20,000 nt of DNA. Source: an uncultured virus (IMG/VR IMGVR_UViG_3300025603_000008). Lineage: Duplodnaviria > Heunggongvirae > Uroviricota > Caudoviricetes. This document shows positions 8,801-15,904 of the stretch, in pieces. The notes beneath the pieces were generated by a model, which was not told where the DNA came from, made no database searches, and saw only the letters and a program-made list of their open reading frames with translations. The position numbers and the translations under genes were made by a program. Positions within the stretch are counted from its first letter, which is position 1. Each line of letters starts with the position of its first letter. The DNA is taken from the IMG/VR virus record IMGVR_UViG_3300025603_000008, one strand, 5' to 3'.

Positions 8801-8909
8801 AACCAAGCCTGAAACCAAGCCTAAAACCAAGCCCTCTCCCTTCAATCCTCCAAAACCTAAAGTGGACCCAACACCAAAAGGAACGTATGCAACGATGCTA
8901 ATAAAATAA
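8769..8909 (+). CDS. small Pro/Lys/Thr-rich peptide (not in ORF track)
   Basis: MMPETMPHRPETKPETKPKTKPSPFNPPKPKVDPTPKGTYATMLIK (46 aa); in-frame 12-bp repeats. Confidence 0.55.
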   Translation: MMPETMPHRPETKPETKPKTKPSPFNPPKPKVDPTPKGTYATMLIK

Positions 8910-8923
8910 ATAAGAAAATTTCT

Positions 8924-8949
8924 CATCCCCTTGACTCTCCCTGACTCAT
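8924..8949 (+). promoter_or_regulatory. motif A promoter
   Basis: exact; ATG8957 lies 7 nt downstream. Confidence 0.75.
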
Positions 8950-8956
8950 AAGAAAT

Positions 8957-9208
8957 ATGGAAACAAAAGCACAAACCGAATTACAAAAAGCAGTACTCTC
9001 CCTAGTTAGAGAGAGGCAAAAATCATTCAACTTAATAACAGTTGGTGAGCTCAAGACCATACTGAAGAAGCCTATGACCAAGATTGTTGAAGCGGCTGAA
9101 GATATGGACCTGTGTGTGAACGTTGGAATTAAAACTAATAATGGGCACGGAAATATAGCGAAGCGCGACTGGAGCATCGAGGACTTAGATTATCCATATG
9201 CAGATTAA
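8957..9208 (+). CDS. hypothetical protein
   Basis: 83 aa ORF. Confidence 0.75.
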   Translation: METKAQTELQKAVLSLVRERQKSFNLITVGELKTILKKPMTKIVEAAEDMDLCVNVGIKTNNGHGNIAKRDWSIEDLDYPYAD

Positions 9209-9605
9209 GCTGATTATACAAAAGGTCAATTTGTTTAGTATTGTCGATGGAACAACAGTTGTAGCTAGAATCACAATTGACGACTCACTTGAGTACACTC
9301 AGCAAGAGGATATAGAATCCTTAAAAGAAGGGATAGGTTCTTTGTATCAGGTGGGGCCTGAGGATGTTCAGACAGAATTGGAGTACCAAACTGAACTGCT
9401 TCATATGGCTGTAATTCTTGCTGGTTTGGCAAAACAAACATTTGAAAAATCATCCCAACAAGGAGGAGGCACTCATGAGTTAAAAGAGCAAGCCATTATG
9501 AATGGCTTAGCAACAAAGGCTCATGAAAATGTGTTGACGAAAATTAAGAAGATAAAAAAACTTGAAAAGAACTACGATAAACAAGGGTTCTGGAGAAAGA
9601 AATAA
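9198..9605 (+). CDS. hypothetical protein
   Basis: 135 aa ORF overlapping the previous stop. Confidence 0.8.
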   Translation: MQIKLIIQKVNLFSIVDGTTVVARITIDDSLEYTQQEDIESLKEGIGSLYQVGPEDVQTELEYQTELLHMAVILAGLAKQTFEKSSQQGGGTHELKEQAIMNGLATKAHENVLTKIKKIKKLEKNYDKQGFWRKK

Positions 9606-9726
9606 GTCACATATTTAATCTAATCGAGTTTTTCATAATTAGTTTGTATAATTCAAGTATTGTTTATAGATTAGCATTTAGCGACTGATAAAAAGAGAAT
9701 TAAAACTCATTAATAACCATAACAAA

Positions 9727-10350
9727 ATGACGACAATCGCACAAGTCAGAAGACCAAAACAAAAGGAACGCAAAGAAGCGGATGCAAAGTTAATAAGCTT
9801 AATGCTTAATGGTTCAAACCGAGAAAAAGAGCAGGCTTACACTGAGCTTTATAGCAATTACACTTACTTCTTGACCTACTTCTTTAGCAAGTCAGTACAA
9901 GACCCGAATTCAGTAGCCGACTTGATGATTGAATCCATTGGAAAAGCATTTAAAAACATTCATAAGTTTGATTCTAAATACGCTTTCTCCACGTGGATGC
10001 ACACAATCGCCACCAACACACTCATCGACTTCAAACGCAAACAGAAAATTGAAGTTCAATCCTTTGAGGAGTTGAGTCATTCAGATGATGAAGGAAAAAA
10101 CTATATTTTTGAAGCAAGGTCAAATGGTATGCAGCCTGATGAAATTATCGAACGACAGGCTTCTCATGTGGAGTTACACAAGAAAGTAAATAACCTAAGA
10201 CCTATATACAAAAAGCTTATCGAGATGCGCTTCATTCAAGAGCTGTCGTATAAAGAGATTGCCGAATCACTTGGAGCAAGCATTGGCACAGTAAAGGCGC
10301 AGATATTTCGCGCTAAAAATGCGCTTGCAGTTCAATATGAAAACTGCTAA
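9727..10350 (+). CDS. ECF-subfamily RNA polymerase sigma-70 factor
   Basis: region 2 (ADLMIESIGKAFKNIHKFDSKYAFSTWMHTIATNTLIDFKRK) and region 4 (ELSYKEIAESLGASIGTVKAQIFRAK). Confidence 0.95.
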   Translation: MTTIAQVRRPKQKERKEADAKLISLMLNGSNREKEQAYTELYSNYTYFLTYFFSKSVQDPNSVADLMIESIGKAFKNIHKFDSKYAFSTWMHTIATNTLIDFKRKQKIEVQSFEELSHSDDEGKNYIFEARSNGMQPDEIIERQASHVELHKKVNNLRPIYKKLIEMRFIQELSYKEIAESLGASIGTVKAQIFRAKNALAVQYENC

Positions 10351-10424
10351 TCCAATCTACAAAACCAACAGTGGCTTTGTAAAATGAGATTTGTCTAACA
10401 AAATAATACTTAAACTGATATGAC

Positions 10425-10458
10425 AAAAAAGTCTCTTTAGAAATAAAGAGACTTTTTT
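10425..10458. terminator. bidirectional intrinsic terminator
   Basis: AAAAAAGTCTCTTTA-GAAA-TAAAGAGACTTTTTT. Confidence 0.85.
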
Positions 10459-10480
10459 GTTTTGGAATTCCAACGAAACA

Positions 10481-10525
10481 AATTACATCAAAAGGTTAAC
10501 TCAGTTGTAACCTTTTGATGTAATT
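10481..10525. repeat. perfect 18-bp inverted repeat
   Basis: AATTACATCAAAAGGTTA-9 nt-TAACCTTTTGATGTAATT. Confidence 0.9.
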
Positions 10526-10533
10526 CTCGTATA
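10506..10533 (+). promoter_or_regulatory. motif B ECF-type promoter TGTAAC-N16-CGTATA
   Basis: 16-nt spacer; upstream of DUF932 gene. Confidence 0.6.
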
Positions 10534-10565
10534 TTGGAATAAGGTTTTTATTTCAAATGCATTCT

Positions 10566-10591
10566 CATCCTGAAACCAAAAGCCAACTCAT
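10566..10591 (+). promoter_or_regulatory. motif A promoter
   Basis: exact match. Confidence 0.75.
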
Positions 10592-10623
10592 GTAGAGAGA
10601 ACAACAAAAACGAAAATAGGATT

Positions 10624-11523
10624 ATGGAAATGAAGACCACAACAGAAATGCAAGCTACACTTCCTTGGGAAGTTAAGAAAAGAAGTATTGCAGACGCTGA
10701 GTCGAATATTATCATTCCAGGATGGAAACAGCTTGTTAAGGTCGTTCCTGGGCAAGATGCTATCCACGGGAAGTCTTTTCATGTAGCGAAAGACAGTTAC
10801 TGTCCACCATCTATCGCGGAATTCACAGACTATTACCACGAGCTCGCCGCTATCACAGGATTCGAGCCTGCAGGTTTCCAGGAGTGGCACGAAGGTAAAA
10901 AAGTTTTTGGATACCTCAAAAACACAAAAGAGAATTTTGATATTGATGGCAACAATATTGAGGATTATCTCCTTATAGGTGTGGGGTTTGGTGGGAATAC
11001 ATCTTTCTTCGTTGGGTCGGTTAATCGCTTGATGAGATGTACAAACGAATTCGGAAACATCAACCGAACTTGGAAAATCAGAAATACAATTGGACGTCAC
11101 CTGAAGACCGAAGAACTTATTCAATCATTTGACCAACACATAGCCACAAGAGAGTTGATGTTCGATGCCTTCCGAAAGTTCCAGGAAGTAAAAATTTCTC
11201 CAGAACTTGTCACAGCGTGCAAGCGCCAGTTGCTAGGTATCGGAGAGCAGGATAAGATTGCTGACTTGAGTTCCTACAAACGCAACCGATATCAAGAACT
11301 ATCAGTTGCAATGAACTCTGAAATGCAAGAGCTAGGCCAGAACGCTTGGGGTTTGTTTAACGGAGCAACCTGGTACACAACTCACGACCTCAAAAAAGAC
11401 GAAAGTGACAAGAATATTTTTGGGAATATCTCTGGAGACCTCAGAAATAGCTTGAACAAAAATGCCTTCGATTTCTGTGCAAAGGTAACACAGGAACAAC
11501 TGAGAGTTGAGATAGCAATGTAA
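10624..11523 (+). CDS. DUF932-family phage/plasmid protein
   Basis: LPWEVKK, RLMRCTN, KIRNT and NAWGLFNGATWYTTH motifs. Confidence 0.8.
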   Translation: MEMKTTTEMQATLPWEVKKRSIADAESNIIIPGWKQLVKVVPGQDAIHGKSFHVAKDSYCPPSIAEFTDYYHELAAITGFEPAGFQEWHEGKKVFGYLKNTKENFDIDGNNIEDYLLIGVGFGGNTSFFVGSVNRLMRCTNEFGNINRTWKIRNTIGRHLKTEELIQSFDQHIATRELMFDAFRKFQEVKISPELVTACKRQLLGIGEQDKIADLSSYKRNRYQELSVAMNSEMQELGQNAWGLFNGATWYTTHDLKKDESDKNIFGNISGDLRNSLNKNAFDFCAKVTQEQLRVEIAM

Positions 11524-11543
11524 AAACCAAAATTCTAACATAT

Positions 11544-11582
11544 ATAAAGGGGACGTCGAGTTGGCGTCCCCTTTATGTTTTT
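11544..11582 (+). terminator. intrinsic terminator
   Basis: ATAAAGGGGACGTC..GGCGTCCCCTTTAT plus T-rich tail. Confidence 0.75.
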
Positions 11583-11832
11583 AAAAATGAATTCTGATTT
11601 AGAACTTTTTATTACAATTACATCTGAGCTGTCAAAATTGGAGAACACAATTCTAAACGCCTCTATTTGCTCTTGTGGATTAAATCAAAATGATATGTCC
11701 TTAGAAGAATTGCATGAAGCAGCACAAGAGCTTTTTTGGATTGCTAACGACCTTGCTGCAGACGATGACTTCGAACAAGGAATTCTAGAAGAAGTTGAAC
11801 TCGCATTGGAGCAGTTGTCCGAACGCCTTTAA
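11575..11832 (+). CDS. small acidic hypothetical protein
   Basis: 85 aa ORF; start uncertain. Confidence 0.65.
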   Translation: MFLKMNSDLELFITITSELSKLENTILNASICSCGLNQNDMSLEELHEAAQELFWIANDLAADDDFEQGILEEVELALEQLSERL

Positions 11833-11887
11833 TTTTAACTTACTTCTTTTTACAATTAAGTGTATTTTCCAAATCCTATGAGCTCTC

Positions 11888-12463
11888 TTGAGTGTCTGGG
11901 ATGAAAAAGAATTTGATGAAATGAATGAACACTACTTCCAAAGAAGAACAAAACAAATAATGGGGCTGCTGGGTTACATCGGTGGAATCGTTATCTTGGT
12001 ATATTCAATCTACTTAGGAATCACAACAGAATCTCTGGCACACATAAATCTTTCAGCCACAGGTATAGTTGTGTTCTATTTAGCGGATATAATGCTTTCT
12101 TCTTATGCTAGAATGGAGCTACTGCTTAGAATAATTAAACGCCAGGAAACATTACATCGCCAAAGCCTACAAAATAGAGCACCCATGCCCCCAACGCCAG
12201 AGCTTTCTGATAACTCACAGGAAAATCTTGCAATGAAATTTAATATTTCTCCCGAAGACCTAATAAAGTCTTTTAATGAACTGGGACTTGAAATTCAAAA
12301 AGCTATAGAAGCAGAGCAAGAAGGAAAAACAATTGATGACGTGTCTTTAGAAGAACTTCAGGATATGATGAGTGAAGCAATTAAAAAAGAAGATTATGAA
12401 AAAGCATCCTACATACGAAATGTTATAGACAAACGAAAAGAGCCACCTGAAAATGCTGACTGA
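11888..12463 (+). CDS. membrane protein with C-terminal UVR (UvrB/C) coiled-coil motif
   Basis: two hydrophobic helices; LEELQDMMSEAIKKEDYEKASYIRNVI. Confidence 0.8.
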   Translation: MSVWDEKEFDEMNEHYFQRRTKQIMGLLGYIGGIVILVYSIYLGITTESLAHINLSATGIVVFYLADIMLSSYARMELLLRIIKRQETLHRQSLQNRAPMPPTPELSDNSQENLAMKFNISPEDLIKSFNELGLEIQKAIEAEQEGKTIDDVSLEELQDMMSEAIKKEDYEKASYIRNVIDKRKEPPENAD

Positions 12464-12537
12464 GATAAAACGTCTTATGTTGAAAAGTATTTTTAAATTA
12501 AAATTGGACACTAAAGAATAAATCGTATATTCATTCT

Positions 12538-12650
12538 TTAGTGTTAAGTATTTTGAGTTTTTGGTGCGGGTGATTTCCGCAAAAGCAAGTTGTTATTTAC
12601 TTGTTTTGGTTTAGGTTAAAGCGGAATCCATATGGGTTCCGCTTTTTTTT
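12538..12650 (+). ncRNA. candidate small RNA 1
   Basis: follows CGTATA (12524); hairpins 12565-12581 and 12582-12607, U-rich linker, terminator; no ORF. Confidence 0.45.
12618..12650 (+). terminator. intrinsic terminator
   Basis: AAAGCGGAATCC-ATAT-GGGTTCCGCTTT plus T tract. Confidence 0.85.
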
Positions 12651-12660
12651 ATGAGTTTTT

Positions 12661-12686
12661 TATCCCAGCTCACCTAAACAACTCAT
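12661..12686 (+). promoter_or_regulatory. motif A promoter (variant TATCC)
   Basis: TATCC-N15-ACTCAT. Confidence 0.6.
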
Positions 12687-12733
12687 AGAAGATGTATAAG
12701 AAATGTATCAGCAAAAGGCATAGAAAGAATTTC

Positions 12734-12759
12734 CATCCCAAGTAACACTGTTAACTCAT
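12734..12759 (+). promoter_or_regulatory. motif A promoter
   Basis: exact match. Confidence 0.75.
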
Positions 12760-12780
12760 TCCAATTGTAATCGAAAAGAT

Positions 12781-13143
12781 ATGAAACAGATATTGATATT
12801 TACTTTGCTTCTTTTTTGTTTTGGAGCACCTAGTGTGACTCATGCACAAAGTACATGGTCGCAATACTACCAAGAGTTTACTCCCAAAGATGAACTATTG
12901 CAAAAGTTTACCTTTCCTGAACCAAGCGGAAGACAAAAAAGATACTCGGAACTGAGGCCAAAAGAACGCAGGATGGTAAAGAATCATCTACGCGTGTACT
13001 ATGGTGTGGTTCCAACCAATAAAGGGTACATAGTGGGTGCTGTTCAAACCACGGGGCAGTCCATAGGTAGAACAGTAATTTACATAACAACAATGAGCGC
13101 CGCTGCAATTGTAGTAGGACGACTAATAAACCAACCAAGATGA
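12781..13143 (+). CDS. exported/membrane hypothetical protein
   Basis: signal peptide ending THA-Q; C-terminal hydrophobic segment. Confidence 0.8.
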   Translation: MKQILIFTLLLFCFGAPSVTHAQSTWSQYYQEFTPKDELLQKFTFPEPSGRQKRYSELRPKERRMVKNHLRVYYGVVPTNKGYIVGAVQTTGQSIGRTVIYITTMSAAAIVVGRLINQPR

Positions 13144-13874
13144 AAATAACCACTTTACGAAAAAAGCTTGATTCAATAGGATACGACGATGCTCTAGAAA
13201 AAACCAAAGAAGGAAATACTGAACTAACAACTCAATTCGAAAAGTCTCAAGAAGCTCTTGCTGTTGTTTTTAAAAAATTAGGCATTGCAGCAGAAGATTT
13301 TTACTTTAACCCACAAGAATCTTATATTCGCCTAGCAGACCATGCTGAACGTAAATTGCACAAAAATACTTGGATGTGCTTGGATATGGAGCGTTCATCA
13401 GATACCGCGATGGCTATGTCTCTCTTGGGCGTAAGATTTGAATCCACTCGGTACATTCAAAATGTTAAGCCAGAAAAGCAAAATCTAATACTCTGCGCAG
13501 AAACGTTGGAGTACTTTGCCGAGCTAATGAGAGCATTTGACGACAAAGAACTCGTGAATGCCTACATTCGTATAATAAATGACTATTGGTCTGTGGTGTT
13601 TTCTGAAGCAACACGAACAAAGAAAAGTTATGACATCGTTAAACTGGGGAAACAGTACATAGAAGCTGCTGAGTACGTAACCAAAGCGCTGCTACCTTGT
13701 GGTATCGACACAAAAGAGGATGCTGAGGAATACTTCTCCTCTATGTGCGGCGAAGAGCTTCTATCGATGTGGGAAGCAATGGGTTCTCCAGGAAATTACT
13801 CAAACAAATCAGAAGAGAATATAAAAACAATCTTAGAGTTTTTTGTCGTAGATGAAACTAAATTGCCAAACTAA
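13140..13874 (+). CDS. hypothetical protein
   Basis: 244 aa, ATGA overlap with previous gene. Confidence 0.85.
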   Translation: MKITTLRKKLDSIGYDDALEKTKEGNTELTTQFEKSQEALAVVFKKLGIAAEDFYFNPQESYIRLADHAERKLHKNTWMCLDMERSSDTAMAMSLLGVRFESTRYIQNVKPEKQNLILCAETLEYFAELMRAFDDKELVNAYIRIINDYWSVVFSEATRTKKSYDIVKLGKQYIEAAEYVTKALLPCGIDTKEDAEEYFSSMCGEELLSMWEAMGSPGNYSNKSEENIKTILEFFVVDETKLPN

Positions 13875-13880
13875 CGTATA
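13853..13880 (+). promoter_or_regulatory. motif B ECF-type promoter TGAAAC-N16-CGTATA
   Basis: exact match. Confidence 0.65.
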
Positions 13881-14108
13881 ATTAGATACGACACAAACGC
13901 TGTAGAAGGATTCATTGAAAGCAAACAACCTTCGAACTCTCTCAAAAACACCTTAAATACGAAATTAGATGTATACAGAAATTACAATGCCATATGCTAG
14001 ATTTCGTTGGTATAAAGATATTGTCCCGATGAGCCAAGTTCGGAACATTGAACTCGCTTATAACAATTCAACGGAAAATGGTACGTCGGAATCGAATGCC
14101 GTACCATT

Positions 14109-14375
14109 TTGAAGTTTGAATCCGCTGAGCAGCGGGAAGAAATATTGGTCAAAATGAATGATTTGCTGCTGAGTACAAATCTGTATTTTAGAAACGAAGG
14201 GCTTCCCAGATTTGAATGGAAAGACTTTACTCCTAAACCAGAGTCTGAAACAGAACTAAATGACCTCAGTAACGAGACAAAGGAAGCCTTGATGAATTTG
14301 TCAGACCCAGAGAAACCGATACAACTGCAGGTGCCAGATTACAGACCCGCTTGGAGAAAATTATTTGGAATATGA
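14109..14375 (+). CDS. hypothetical protein (possibly the 3' part of a frameshifted gene starting at 13987)
   Basis: TTG start overlaps the stop of a 41-aa ORF 13987-14112; frame is open back to about 14063. Confidence 0.6.
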   Translation: MKFESAEQREEILVKMNDLLLSTNLYFRNEGLPRFEWKDFTPKPESETELNDLSNETKEALMNLSDPEKPIQLQVPDYRPAWRKLFGI

Positions 14376-14584
14376 GCAAGAAAATGATTAATATACCGCA
14401 ACACCTCCAGTCTAAGTTCGCCAACGCAGAAGAGTCTGAACCAGGTGCGCACACAGTGGATATATTCTACGCTAATAAAGTCATTTGTGGAGTGAAAATA
14501 GTGAACAGATGTGTAGCGCTTATTCACCATGAAATCAAACTCTCTACCGAAGATATTACAAACATAAAATTGGTTTCAATTTAG
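14372..14584 (+). CDS. hypothetical protein
   Basis: ATG14372 (MSKKMINIP) overlaps the previous TGA. Confidence 0.7.
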   Translation: MSKKMINIPQHLQSKFANAEESEPGAHTVDIFYANKVICGVKIVNRCVALIHHEIKLSTEDITNIKLVSI

Positions 14585-14595
14585 TTCATCCCAAC

Positions 14596-14623
14596 TGAAA
14601 CTTTTCTCGTTTTAAACCGTATA
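14596..14623 (+). promoter_or_regulatory. motif B ECF-type promoter TGAAAC-N16-CGTATA
   Basis: exact match; upstream of candidate sRNA 2. Confidence 0.65.
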
Positions 14624-14628
14624 CTTAG

Positions 14629-14724
14629 TGATTGGGAGTAGTTACCCACGTGTTTGACTAATCTTTCAAATACGGTTTTAGTTTTTTCAGCTCTATAGAA
14701 GAGACTCCCACGGGGGTCTTTTTT
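14629..14724 (+). ncRNA. candidate small RNA 2
   Basis: promoter B, hairpins 14633-14648 and 14649-14674, U-rich linker, terminator 14699-14724; no ORF. Confidence 0.5.
14699..14724 (+). terminator. intrinsic terminator
   Basis: GAGACTCCC..GGGGGTCTT plus T tract. Confidence 0.75.
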
Positions 14725-14744
14725 ATTTGTTGGGCCTTTTTTCT

Positions 14745-14770
14745 CATCCTGGTTCGGGGGTTCGACTCAT
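14745..14770 (+). promoter_or_regulatory. motif A promoter
   Basis: exact match. Confidence 0.7.
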
Positions 14771-14831
14771 ACCTTATGGAAAACCGCTTTCTCTAGTTTT
14801 TTTGCTGCTGTTTTATTTCTTCTGCTTTTTC

Positions 14832-14857
14832 CATCCCAAACCACTCTTTCGACTCAT
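14832..14857 (+). promoter_or_regulatory. motif A promoter
   Basis: exact match, 87 bp after the previous copy. Confidence 0.7.
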
Positions 14858-14923
14858 CCCTTGTGGAAAACTATGCTCAAAAAAAACTCTTGAAATTTCT
14901 TTCAAAAAACTTTCTTTGTTTCT

Positions 14924-14960
14924 CATCCCAAATGAAACTTTTCACTCTACTCAACGTATA
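14924..14960 (+). promoter_or_regulatory. overlapping motif A-like (CATCC-N15-ACTCTA) and motif B (TGAAAC-N16-CGTATA) promoters
   Basis: CATCC 14924, ACTC 14944; TGAAAC 14933, CGTATA 14955. Confidence 0.6.
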
Positions 14961-15121
14961 TTTAAGTAGACGCATGAGCAACTAACAACCCACAAGATGA
15001 GAAACACACCAAGGAAAAACTTAAAAACGAAATCAATTCTATTATCCGCTCTCTAACTAGCTCTCGAACCTCACTAAGGACTTACCTTTGCGCTTGGCCC
15101 TCCAAACATAAAGAACACCGC

Positions 15122-15178
15122 CTAAGTCGCTCTAAGTCGCTCTAAGTCGCTCTAAGTCGCTCTAAGTCGCTCTAAGTC
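15122..15178. repeat. perfect 10-bp tandem repeat (CTAAGTCGCT) x5.7
   Basis: read directly. Confidence 0.95.
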
Positions 15179-15904
15179 CATAGCGAAACTCGGTTATACT
15201 TGCCAATAAACACACGAGAAACTAGATGCATAGCATGCTGTGGAGGAGATGAATTTCGCTATGACCTGAAAACAAAAATGAGTTCCATCAGTGGAATTCA
15301 ACCACAAAAAGGTAAAAAGTGGCAGAAAACCCTCCGACCAGTAAATCTCTTACACAGAAATAATCCAATTACATTGATGGAATTATCTTTAATGGTTTCT
15401 TTTAAAAAGAAAGAACCCGCAACTGTCTGCTACCCAGACTCTCCCTACGTTTTGTTGTGAAAAAAAAATGCATTGTTGGATTCTCAACTTGCTGGCTCTA
15501 CAGGTTTTTAGCAGGTGAAAATTAGCATGGCAGATAATGGCAAATTTTGGCGGGACCGACCCCAGCTTCAGCTGCACCAATAAACATAACTCTCCCTGAT
15601 ACATTATTGATTCACATAAGAACTAAACAAGTCTTTAGTGAAGTTCTTAAATAATCCTTAAAACAAAAAACAATTTTAACGTTTATTTAACTGTCTTTCT
15701 TTCTATTAACCCTACGCCAGGTTAACAACTCAGCTCATTATCACCAATATTTTTTACAAAAACAGCATTTAAAGGCCTTTATTTTTATTTATTTGCCACC
15801 CATTATAAACGCTTTTAAGCCTTTTTTATCCCCAAAGTGAGTTATTCGACACCAACCACCCCCAAACTCTCCCTACGCCCCCTTAAAATCATTCTAGAAC
15901 CTCA

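Noticed and set aside
9685..9710. Motif A upstream of the sigma gene
   Set aside because: ACTCAT is present at 9705, but there is no CATCC 15 nt upstream, so autoregulation through motif A is unsupported.
10588..11124. 178-aa minus strand ORF and other minus strand ORFs in 1-14.6 kb
   Set aside because: Antisense to well-supported + strand genes.
14745..14790. tRNA-like GGTTCGA T-loop sequence
   Set aside because: No cloverleaf can be built; it lies in the spacer of a motif A copy.
14727..14969. 80-aa ORF with an internal repeat
   Set aside because: TTG start and low complexity; explained by tandem motif A promoter units.
15122..15460. Phase-variable switch fusing the upstream frame to ORF 15200-15460
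   Set aside because: The frame leading into 15200 always has TAA from the last repeat copy directly upstream, whatever the copy number; ORF 15200 itself has a weak TTG start.
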